Of a stretch of DNA of 64,000 bases, positions 38,394 to 48,994 are shown piece after piece. How positions within the stretch are numbered: position 1 is the stretch's first letter; the number at the start of each line of letters is the position of its first letter. Made by a program: the position numbers and the translations under genes. The notes beneath the pieces were generated by a model. That model was given only the letters and a program-made list of their open reading frames with translations. It was not told where the DNA came from and did not search any database. The stretch is from assembly GCF_030144855.1 (NCBI RefSeq), contig NC_082733.1, forward strand, positions 12,462,001-12,526,000, written 5' to 3'. The DNA is from Hypanus sabinus (Eukaryota).

Positions 38394-39474
38394 AATTAAA
38401 AATAAGTTTCTTCGTTGTGTTATGTAAAAAATGCATTTGAAAATATTTTTTTCAATAAGCCTTGCATGTTACATGTCATTTCTGTTAAGTGATGGACATG
38501 AGTAGTGCGCAGGTGCACGTACGTTTTCAAAATTAAAAAAATGCGCTCCAGATCAAATAACGGGCTCCGCATACTGGTGCACTGTCATTGTTCTGTCTTT
38601 GTGCTGGTCGTTGTTGAGTTTTGGCACAGGGGACAATTGAATAAGAAGGAGCAGGACAAGTAGACCTGCATTTCCTACCGTTTTTGAAATAAAGACAGTC
38701 AGGCGGAGAGTGATGATGATAATATCTTGAAGGATAACAGAATTTTCAGTGCTTTAAAATAATAACTGTTACTATTAAAAAAAGCTATTTTATTCATTTA
38801 ATTTTTAGTGTTTTAAAAGTCATTTCAATAAATAGCTAAATACCATGGGACTTCAAAGACAGATATTTTGTTGTAATGCATTTGTTCATTTTCAATTGAA
38901 ATTAAAGCACATGTTTTCTACATATCCCATGATATTTTATTTCCTCTTATGAGGTGTATTACCAAAACACTCCGTCCATCTGCTCCTGGTCCGGCCCCCC
39001 TGTCAAATTTTAGAACCCTTTGTGGCCCTCAAGTCAAAAAGTTTGCCCACCCCTGCCCTAGCCTAATCATGGGACAGTTTATAACGACCAATGAACCTAC
39101 CCACTGGTATACCTTTGGGCTTTTGGGAGGAATGCAGTGCTCCCAGGAGAAATGCTGGCGGTGACGGGGAGAACGTACAAACTCCTTGCAGGCAGTAGCG
39201 GGAAATGAACCGTGATCACCTGTACTGTCAAGTGTTGTTGTGTAATTAATATTTCAATAATATTTGAGTAATCTTATATATTATAGTCTGATTGACATTT
39301 AAGAGGTGCTTCGAAGGATATGTGGAGGGGTGGGGGTTGGAGTGACATGGGCTGAACACAGTCAACTGGGACTAGCAGGGAAGGTGCTTTGGCTTGGATC
39401 ATTTGGGCCAAAGGGCCTGCCTCCATCCTCTATTACTGTATAACTCTATTAATTGTTGCTTTGTTGCCAGCAGG

Positions 39475-39647
39475 ATGTTGCAGACTCTGAGTGACTGGTT
39501 TTGGTGGGATGACCTGTGGCTTCCCCGAAATCTGACCTGGGATGATCTCCAGGATAGAGATGGCTTTGTTTATGCGAAAGTCTCTCATTTGTATGTCACC
39601 GTCCTCTATGCTCTACTACTTATGGTGGTTCGGTACTTCTTTGAAAG
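39475..39647 (+). CDS. CERS3: Ceramide synthase (CERS3-like), first coding exon
   Basis: Translates MLQTLSDWFWWDDLWLPRNLTWDDLQDRDGFVYAKVSHLYVTVLYALLLMVVRYFFE(R), the CerS N-terminus with the N19-L-T sequon. Acceptor cag one base before the ATG, donor AG|gtaacg, 173 coding nt as in vertebrate CERS2/3. SHLYVT favours CERS3 over CERS2 (SDLYIT). Confidence 0.93.
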
Positions 39648-40336
39648 GTAACGTCATTTCTCGTCTACTGTTGTAGAGTTTGTGTGACAAGAATATCGTG
39701 AGACAAAGGGAAGTGTAATGTGGAGACTTTCGAGACTTCAGATGCTGGGATCTGCAGCAAGGAACAATCTGCTAGAAGAAGCTAGTGGCTTGAGGCAGCA
39801 TCTGTAGGCGTAGAGTGGGGATGGAATTATTGATGTTCCAGACAGAAGTTTCTGATGAAAGGTTTCAAGCCAAAATGTCAACAATTCTTCCTTCCCCCGC
39901 CACGCAGATGCCACTTGATCCACTGAGTTCCTGTTGCTGGAAATGATAGATCACTGGACAGAAGCAGTCACTACTGGGGTGGTCGAAGGCAGCAGTGAAC
40001 AGTGTGGCAGGGGTGAGGAGGCCCCTTGATTAGCAAATTTTAATTAATCTGCCCTTTGTTCAGTTTCTTTTTTAAAGCCAAATTATAAGTGTGTAAGCAA
40101 CATGTAAGAAGGCAAGAGTTAACTCCTGCAAACACAGGAAGCTCGTTAAATGAGCTGTAAAAAGGAAAATTTATGAGAACCTTGGATTGTCTTCAGGAAG
40201 GAGTTTCCATACTGCCGGCCAGTCTTGCCGCTGTTCACAAAACGAAGGTTGGGTCGGAAAAAGTGGGGATGCAAGTGAGTAAAGGGCCATAAGGGAGGGA
40301 GCAGAGTAGCTTGGTCACACTTGAGAAGGAGAAATA

Positions 40337-43067
40337 CAGTGAATTCTGGTTAATTGCGGCACGTCAGGACCTGTCCATTTCGGCCCATTTAAGTAGCTGC
40401 CCGAATTAGCCATAGTTTCATGGAAGTAATTTAAAAGGTATAAAGAGAAAAGTACAGTTGAACTGAGTAACAAATTATGTATTTATTTAAGTGAAAAACA
40501 GAACAAATTAGAACACCATCAATAATACTACAATGCTATAAAACTGTGTATTAGTTCCTAACAGTTACTGAGGGAGGAATTCATCCAGTGTATGCTACAT
40601 TGTTCTTTTAACTGCAAATAAGCAAAATCAGTGTGGACACATCGTGCAGAAAATGGACTGGCTTCATACAATGCTGTCGACAATTGCTTCTTCCAAGTCG
40701 TCATTTTCACCGTAACCTTCAAATTCTTTGTAGTTCCTAACCATTTCTGGCACCTACAAGACTGAATACTTGAAACTGCAGCGAGCAAGGCAGTTCTGAA
40801 TTGTCTTACTGCTTGCTTCTTGCCAACTATCAGTGATAAGTTATCACTGCCCATCAGCCCGAGAACATATGGACAAGGGAGGCACAGGAGTGCTTACAGG
40901 ACTGCTTTGAATTGGTGGACTGGACCGTATTCAGGGAGTCTGAATGAGTGCCACACAGCCACTGACTTCATTAAAACCCGTCTGGGTGTGTGTATGCGCC
41001 TACGAGAACTTACTGTATATACCTAAGTCAAAAGCCTGGTTGAACCACGAAGTTTGTAGTCTGCTGGCATTCAAGTCTGGTGACCAAGGTCCGCACAAGA
41101 AAACCAGGTACAACTTGCAGAGGGCTATCTCAAGAGCAAGGCAACAATTCTGAACGAGGTTGGAGGTGCGTCAGCTCGGGCAGGGTTTGCAGGCCATTAC
41201 TGCCTACAAAGCGAAGCCTAACATCGTGAATGGCTGTGATGCTTCACTCCCAGATGAGCTCAGTGCCTTTTGTGCACACTTTGAAAGGGAGAATCAGACT
41301 ATAGCCATGAGAATCCCTGCAGCACCTGGTGACCCTGCAATCTCGGTCTCAGAGGCCGACATCAGGCTGTCTTTCCAGAGGGTGAACACTTGCAAAATGA
41401 CATGCCCTAATGGAACACCTGGTAGGGCTCTGAAAACCTGTGCCGGCCAACTTTCAGTCTCTCATTCCTGCAGTCAGAAGTTCCCACCTGCTTCTAAAGG
41501 GCAGCAATTATATCAGTGCTCAAGAGTAGGGTGAGTTGCTTTAATGACAATTGTCCAGTAGCATTCACATGTACGATGACAAAGTGCTTTGAGAGGTAGG
41601 TGCAAACACGAGGAAATCTGCAGATGCTGGAAATTAAACCACACACACATTTTGTGTGTGTTGAGAGGTAGGTCATGGCTAGAATTAACTCCTGTCTCAG
41701 CAAGGACCAGGACCCACTGCAATTTGTCTATCACCACAATAGGTCTAAGGCCAGGACAATACAAATATCTATGACAGGATGCATCTTATTGACTACAGCT
41801 CAGTATTTAACACCATTATTCTTGCAGTTCTGATTGATAAAGCTACAGAACCTGGTCCTCTGTACCTCCCTCTGCAACTGGATCCTTGACTTTGTAACTG
41901 GAAGGCCAGACTGTGCGGATTGGAAATAACATCTCCACCTCTCCGACCGTCAACACTGGTGCACCTCGGGGGGGGGGGGGGGGTGCTTAGCCCACTGCTG
42001 GACCCTCTATACCCATGACTGTGTGGCTGGGCACAGCTCAAATGGCATCTATAAATTTGCTGGCAGTATAACCATTGTTGGCAGAATTTCAGACTGAGGT
42101 GAGAGAGCATACAGAAGTGAGGTGTATCAGCTAGTTGAGTGGTGTCGCAGCAACAACCTTGCAATCAACGTCAATAAGACGAAAAAGCTGACTGTGGTCT
42201 TTAGGAAGGGTAAGATGAAGGAACACACACCAATCCTCATAGAGGGATCAAAAGTAGAAAGAGTGAGCAATTTCAATCTTCTGTGTGTCAATATCTCTGT
42301 GGACCTAACCTGGTCCCAACGTATCGATGCAGCTACAAAGAAGGCACAACAGTGGCTATATTTCATTAGGGGTTTGGGAAGATTTGGTATATCACCGAGG
42401 ATGTTCGCAAATTTCTAACTGTGGAGAAGATTTAACTGGTTGCATCACCGTCTGGTATGGGGGTGGGGAGGGGGGTGTTCCAGCACAGGAAATGAAACCA
42501 AGCTGCAGAGAGTTGTAAAGTTGGTCAGTTCCATCATGGCACTAGCCTCCATAGCATCCAGGATATTTTCAAAGAACAATGCCTCAAAAAGATGGCATCC
42601 GTCATTAAGGACACGCATCACCCAAGTCATGCCTTGTTCTCATTGCTGCCATCAGGAAGGAGGCATGGAAGCCTGAAGACACACACTCAACAATTCAGGA
42701 GTGGCTTCTTCCCTTCTGCCATCCAGTTTCTGAATGGACATCGAACCCGTGAACACTACCTCACAACAAATTTCGCGACATATGCTGGTGATATTACACC
42801 TGTTTTTGATTCTGCCTTTTGATCACAAGCACGTGCAATTGACGCAATTTAAAAACTGTTTGCCCTAAGCACAGTATAATGTCTAATGACTGCACAAGTT
42901 ACACGTGTCTGATGCTAGTCAGAACCTGTATGGCAGCAATCTACTGCCCCAATTAAACAACACAGTGTCCCAAATAAACAATGGGAATCCCAGCTATTTT
43001 CTAGATTAGTTTTTGTTCTTTACGTTGTCCTAAATAAGAGACTGTCCCAATTAACCAACATCTACTG
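40337..43067. mobile_element. Tigger/pogo-type non-autonomous element, split by a Rex1 LINE
   Basis: TA|CAGTGAATTCTGGTTAATTG ... CAATTAACCAACATCTACTG|TA imperfect TIRs with TA TSD. Confidence 0.75.
40850..42815 (+). mobile_element. Rex1/Babar LINE, decayed
   Basis: ASLPDELSAF.AHFE, GRALKTCAGQL, LVEWCRSNNLAINVNKTK, HPSHALFSLLPSGRR, and a tgattctg tail. Confidence 0.88.
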
Positions 43068-43978
43068 TACTTTCAAAAAAAATGCAAGACGTTGAAGAGG
43101 AAAAGAAAGTTCTGATGAACTATTTCTCCTGGAAATAAGAATGAATCATCAGACCAGATGTGGAGACAGTTACACTAAGAGGATGACAACTAAGCTGAAA
43201 CACTGCTAGTTCTGCATTTCATTCCAGACCTCGTGAAATACTGTTCACTCCCAGAACGCAGGGTTTATTTTTAATAGGAAGATTTTTATCTTTGATTTCT
43301 CAATCCCAAAGAGATGTGAAGACCAGATAGTTGGGGTGTTTAAAGAGACAGTAGATAAATATTGGAAAGACCGAGGAATTGAGGACTCTGGAAAAGAAGA
43401 AATGAGATGTGGGGCATATTGGCCATGGTCTTATTGACTAGTGAGCCAGGCTTGAGGGCCAAAGTGGTCAACTCATTTTCCTATTGTGTTTATTATCGGT
43501 AGATCCCACTACAATATCACTTGTATTTCAGTTCCAATTTAGTAATATTGAAGAGTTCTTCAAAACGGTACCATTGTAATATCCACACAGTACTATGGCA
43601 GTAAAACAAATTTTTTCACTTGAGCCCACAAACTAGGTCGTGCACTTTAGACTACTAGCATCTTTCCTTCTCTCTGACCCAAACTGCACATAAACCCTAG
43701 AACCAGAACCCATATGAACTCTGCCATTCTAATTGAAGTTCCATTGTCAAATGAGAACATTCAGCCTGGTTCCAGGGACTTTTGTCACTTTACATCCTCC
43801 TTTCTCATTGGACTCCACAAGGACTGATGTTGCTTCAGTGTACACTGTGGCTCCATCTCCCTGCCCCCACCCCAGGTAAATCTGTGATCAGTCTGCTGAC
43901 ACAAAGTTTGTTTATCTTTAGAAGAGGTCACTGGTGCTAACTGGTCAGAGGTGACTGCAAGTTACCAGGAGGGAGGGG

Positions 43979-44015
43979 GAGAGAGAGAGAGAGAGAGAGA
44001 AAGAAAGAAAGAAAA
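43979..44015. repeat. (GA)n / (GAAA)n microsatellite
   Basis: Direct reading. Confidence 0.9.
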
Positions 44016-45114
44016 CGAGAACCAGAGCACATGATCAAGATCTAAAACAGTCACCACACAAGTTACCAGGCACTACTCTTCAAAATAAGTCCACCAACAC
44101 TGTGTGTGTGCTACGACCATTAACCAGAGCACATGATCAAGATCTGAAACAGTCACCCCACATTTTCAGTGGAACTTTAACTTTTAGATAACTTCAGCAC
44201 TGACACCAAGGGTTATGTTGACTTGACTGGCTTTTGTCTTGCAGTAAGCCACTTTAACTTGACACACTATCTTAAACAACCTCATTAATCTCGTGCGGCT
44301 TTTCTGTGATGTCATATGAATGTTGAGTGTTAAATCTTAATCATCCTCATTCAGAGATTTATCATCAGGCTTGATAACCAAGAGGGTATCTTATTTCTCA
44401 GAAGTTTCTCACAGAAAACTCTTTGTTGGTGGTTAGTATCTTGAGTGGATGATTAACTGTTAGTTTGGCATATTGTAGTTGTCTGTGTGGTAGCACAGCT
44501 TGGGAATACCCCAACTAATGTTAGAGGCTAAAGTGTCTTAGATTGAAATTTTAAACTATTCCTTGCCAAAACGGTAAAAGTCCTAATACATGGCAGTGGC
44601 TTTAAAAAATAGACATCTAAACCACTTTTTTTCACTGAAGACAAATCCATTTTGAATAAGAGCAGTCTTCACATTGGTGTTCTCAATGGAAGTATAGGGG
44701 CTAAATTGCTAAGACATCATGTACAGCTCTTGTGACAAGGTCATCAGATGAGATCTCATGTGAAGTGCATTTTTGTTACTAGATTGAGGGAGAAGTAGTG
44801 TGTAAGGGACAGATTTCACTGGATGTATAGGCAGTAACGGTGCATATCTGAGTTGTTTTCACATATACATTTGTCTGAATTCGGAGTGTTATGTCTCTGA
44901 TGGCTTTCTCTTTCAGGCATTTAGTAGCAGATTTGAAAACAAAGTGCCTTGCTGTATCTTCCCTGTTGGAAAAGGGGATGAACTGTTTTGACATGGCTTC
45001 TTCTCTTCCCTTTGAAGAGAAAGATGAGGCAAATATTTTATCTGTTGCATTGAGTCTTTGGGGCTCTTATATTTTTAAGGTGGGGGTAAATGAATTCTTA
45101 ACTTCAGAGCAATG

Positions 45115-45562
45115 AGATCAGCCCAAGTACAGTGTCCACAACAAGGTGAAGCTGTACCAGAGCTGTGTTCTGTCCACACTCTTGTATGGGTCAGATTGCT
45201 GGCGCATGGCAGAAAGCTGTTGCACACCATGAGCCTCCAGAAGATCCTCCGTATTTTCTGTCCAATAAGGATCTCCAGCTGCGCCCTACTCCTTCGGTGT
45301 CATCACGAGGACATGGCTGCAATCATCATGAGGAAGTGTTGGATGTGGACTGGGCACGTGATGAGAAGAGAGCCCAACTCTGTCATCAAGACCGCACTTC
45401 ATTGGACCCAAGAACGATGGAGACAATTTGGCAGCGTACCATAGAGGAGGAAATAATAATCCTAAACCATGCCTGGGGCACAATAGTGAAGATGGCCGAG
45501 GGCGGAAATTGAAGACTGTCACTGCAGCCCTAAATGCCAGCGGTGTAATGGGCAGTAAGTAA
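45115..45562 (+). mobile_element. RTE-clade LINE 3' fragment
   Basis: KVKLYQSCVLSTLLYGSDCW, LQKILRIF, W.GHVMRR...KTALHWT, ending in a (TAAG)-type tail. Confidence 0.8.
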
Positions 45563-46116
45563 ACAAATTCTTAAGCAAAGGAGTGAAAGGTGGGTAGATA
45601 GAAATGTGCAGTTGAGATTGCAGTCAGATCAGACACAATAGAATTTGTGGAGCAGAGGTGAAGGGCTGAGATTCTCCTCCTGATTCATGTTTGTTTGGAG
45701 GTCGTGGAGATGTGGAGGAAATGGTATCATTCTGTAAAGCTGAAAGATGTCGTAGATTGTGAAAGTTTTTTTCAGGGAGTAAGCCTGATGAAGTTTTTCC
45801 CTCTGGCAAAAGAGTCTGTGACTGGAAGGTTCACGTTAAGAGCTAGTATCAGTGGTGACTGATTAGAATGCACTGTCTGCGAGTGGAAAACAACTAGTGA
45901 AACGTTCAAAAGGCAACTTAACCAAGGAAGGCTTTGTGAAAAGAGACAGGGTAATTGGATAGCTCGTTCAGAATGCTGGAGCAGGTCGAGGAGGATGAAG
46001 CATTTTTGTCTCCACCAAGACGGATTTCCAGCACCTGCAGCTTTTCTCATGTTTAGGATTATATCCAAGGTGAAGGTAGCTCAGTGCTTTACTGTAGTGT
46101 ATGTTTACACCCACAG

Positions 46117-46234
46117 GCTCATAGCCACGCCACTTGGAAAATTTATGGGGATTAAAGACCATGCCCGGTTAAAGGCCAGCTATAATCCTGTTTTAGAACA
46201 TTTCTTTGTCTCAATTTCAAAGCATCCGAATAAG
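46117..46234 (+). CDS. CERS3: CERS3-like coding exon 2
   Basis: ccacag|G...AAG|gtaagc, 118 nt, phase-compatible. Encodes LIATPLGKFMGIKDHARLKASYNPVLEHFFVSISKHPNK. Confidence 0.93.
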
Positions 46235-47688
46235 GTAAGCTTTTTTATTTGAATTTCACAACCGTTTTATTTCCAAAAACGGGCCAACTGAGCTAAAGTG
46301 AATATCTCATTGCATTTACTCAGCATGTTTTCAGGCAAATTAATAGTGAAAGTGGGTCGGTAATGGCTTAATATTACTTCTGAACAATGTTGGCCATAGG
46401 TGTGTTGGAGACTACCTGTGCAGAGTAGGAGATTTCAATATGTGTGTTGTAGTCTGGGTGTGAACCATGGGGCAATACATGGAATGAAGAATTGGTGTAC
46501 ACTATATATATTTTGGGATTGTTCATGGGGATGGTTATTAAAAAACACCAAGGAATTGCTATTGTGTCAGGTTATATTCTTACATTATGTAGACAAAACC
46601 AGATCATTTTAGCATTTTTGGGAGTGATAATGGGGATTTTAAGTCCGGACTTGTGGCAGAATAGAGGTCCTCCCCAGGAGACCTCGGGGTTCCATTCCTG
46701 TGAACTGTTGCAACCTGAACAGTTCCCAAGTCGGGAATGAGGTCCAACATACCAGTAGCAGCTAGCAACTTCAACCTGCTTTTCTCCCAAGTGTACACAA
46801 GTTAGGCTTTCATAAGCTGGGGAAGAGCTGGACTTCCCCAGGCAGTAGACTGACCGACTGGTCAGATACAAGATGTCTAGTGCCGATGTAAGGAATGAGA
46901 TTGAGTTGACAGGATTGACGGTTTACCAGACATGTTGATTTGTGTATCAACCACTGTGATGAAAGTGGATCTTTGTATGGAAAAAGTGGGGCATCTTCAT
47001 CCAGATTGTCAATCAGTAAGTCAGATTTGCAGTTTGTCCTGTCTGGCAGTTCCACCCGGCAAGTAACGATCTTTGCACCTCCATATTGTTGTCTCCATGA
47101 TTAACCTCATCACCAATCTGTGACTGGGCTTGCGCTGACGCTGCTCTTTTGAGAAAGGGTGCAAGTTCTGATCTTCCACGGCTCACCTTGGTTCTTCTGT
47201 CGGGTAAAGAGCTGCTTGTCTGACCTGGCCAGGAATGGAGCCCTGAGGTCATCTGGGGAGGATCTCTACTCTATTATATATTTTACCCAGCCTCAAGTCT
47301 AGGTTTAATGCTTAACAACTATCAGAGTAAAGTGATTATCCACTCTTCCGACACCACCACCCCCCAACCATCCCATTGCCAGCTGGACCTTTTATAGAGG
47401 GTCATGGTCCATCTACACATGTAGTATCAGATTTCACATAGGCAGCAACACTGACCCACAACCCCCTGAAGCCAGGAGCAGTGGGTTCGAGCAGCTGACT
47501 TGAACTTATTGGTTCACAACAAGTAAAGCGAGGGAAATCTGATCTCCATAATTGCCTTGATTTGGCACAGGTTCAGGAGTCTAGTATTGAAACTAAAGAG
47601 AAGCTTTCCCACAGTGTGCAACTTTTGACTTCAATCCTGACTTAAGTGTCCACTGATACTTTCTCTTGGAGTTTTCATTTGATGTGTA

Positions 47689-47745
47689 CAGTGCTGTTCA
47701 GAAGTCTGAGGCACATAGAGTGCCTAAGGCTTTGGCACATTACTG
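47689..47745. mobile_element. 57-bp TIR-only Tc1 mini-MITE
   Basis: cagtgctgttcagaagtctgaggcac / gtgcctaaggctttggcacattactg imperfect palindrome after TA. Confidence 0.65.
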
Positions 47746-48098
47746 CATTTGTCACTGTGAAGCGGAGGGCGAGTCTGGAAGGTGCAAAGGGTGTCGAGAA
47801 TGGTGAGGGTGTGGGAGAGGTGGTAGAGAAGGTGTGCCAGGGGCAGGGGCTGAAGAGGGTACAGTCACACCAGGCAAGGTCATTTGATTCCAGACAATTG
47901 GTTTATTGCTCATTACAGGATGTCTCTCTGGTGCTATCTTCTCCCTCCCCCTTTCTCAACTATGATCCCCTGCTTCCTGCCCTGTTCTCACTCTCAGTCC
48001 ACACAGAGACCCATATCAGAATCGGGTTTATTATCACTCATGTTTGTCATGAAATTTGTTTTTTGAAGAAGAGTACAGTGCATTATATAAAATTACTA

Positions 48099-48994
48099 CA
48101 GTACTGTGCAAAAGTCTTAGGCGCACTAGCTGTGAGTAAGTAGTTCTATCATCAGAGTACATATATATCACCACATAGAACCCAGATTCATTTCCCTGTG
48201 GGCATACTCAGCAAATTTGTAGAGTAGTAATTATAACAGAATCAGTGGAAGATCAAGTAGAGTGCAGAAGAAAACTAACTGCAAATAAATAGCAATAGCA
48301 ATAAATAACAATATCATTAAGTAACAAGATAGAGTTCTTTAAGTGAGATTATTGGTTGTGGGAGCATCTCAATGGATAGGCAAGTAGCAGTGAGAAGAGA
48401 GCATAGCCTGGGTGGTGACGATCTCCCTGATGATAGATGCTGCTTTCCTACAACAACGTTTTATATTGATGTACTCAATGATTGCGAGGACTTTATCCAT
48501 GGAATATTGAGCTGAATCCACTACCTTTTGTAGGATTTTCTGTTTAAAGGCATTGGTGTTTCCAAATCAGGCCACAATACAGCCAGTTAATACACTTTTC
48601 ACTACACTTCTATTGAAGTTTGTCAAGGTTTTTGATGTCATGCTGAATCTCCACAGACTCCTAAGGAAGTAGAGACACTGCCGGTGCTTCCTTTGCAATT
48701 GAATTTACATGCTGGGTCCAGGACAGGTCCTCTGAAATAGTAACACCCAGGAATTTAAAGTTGCTACCCCTCTGATCTTCCATTGAAGACTGGCTCATGG
48801 ACCTCTGGTTCCCCTCTCCTGAAGTCTACAATCAGTTCCTTGGTGTTGCTGACATTGAGTGAGAAGTTGTTGTTATTACACCACTCAGCCAAATTTTCAA
48901 TCTCCCTTCTGTACGCTGATTCATCACCACCTTTGATATGGCCCACAGTGGTGGGGTAATCAAACTATGTGCCTGAGACTTGTGCACAGTACTG
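48099..48994. mobile_element. Same Tc1 mini-MITE, interrupted by a minus-strand Rex1 fragment
   Basis: TA|CAGTACTGTGCAAAAGTCTTAGGC ... GCCTGAGACTTGTGCACAGTACTG|TA. The interior encodes Rex1 GDESAYRREIENLAEWC on the minus strand. Confidence 0.75.

Larger units (their letters stand above)
37764..39055 (+). mobile_element. hAT-Charlie non-autonomous element, copy 2
   Basis: Same TIRs, perfect 8-bp TSD CCCTAGCC (37756-37763, 39056-39063). Near-identical to copy 1 and inserted in a SINE. Confidence 0.95.
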
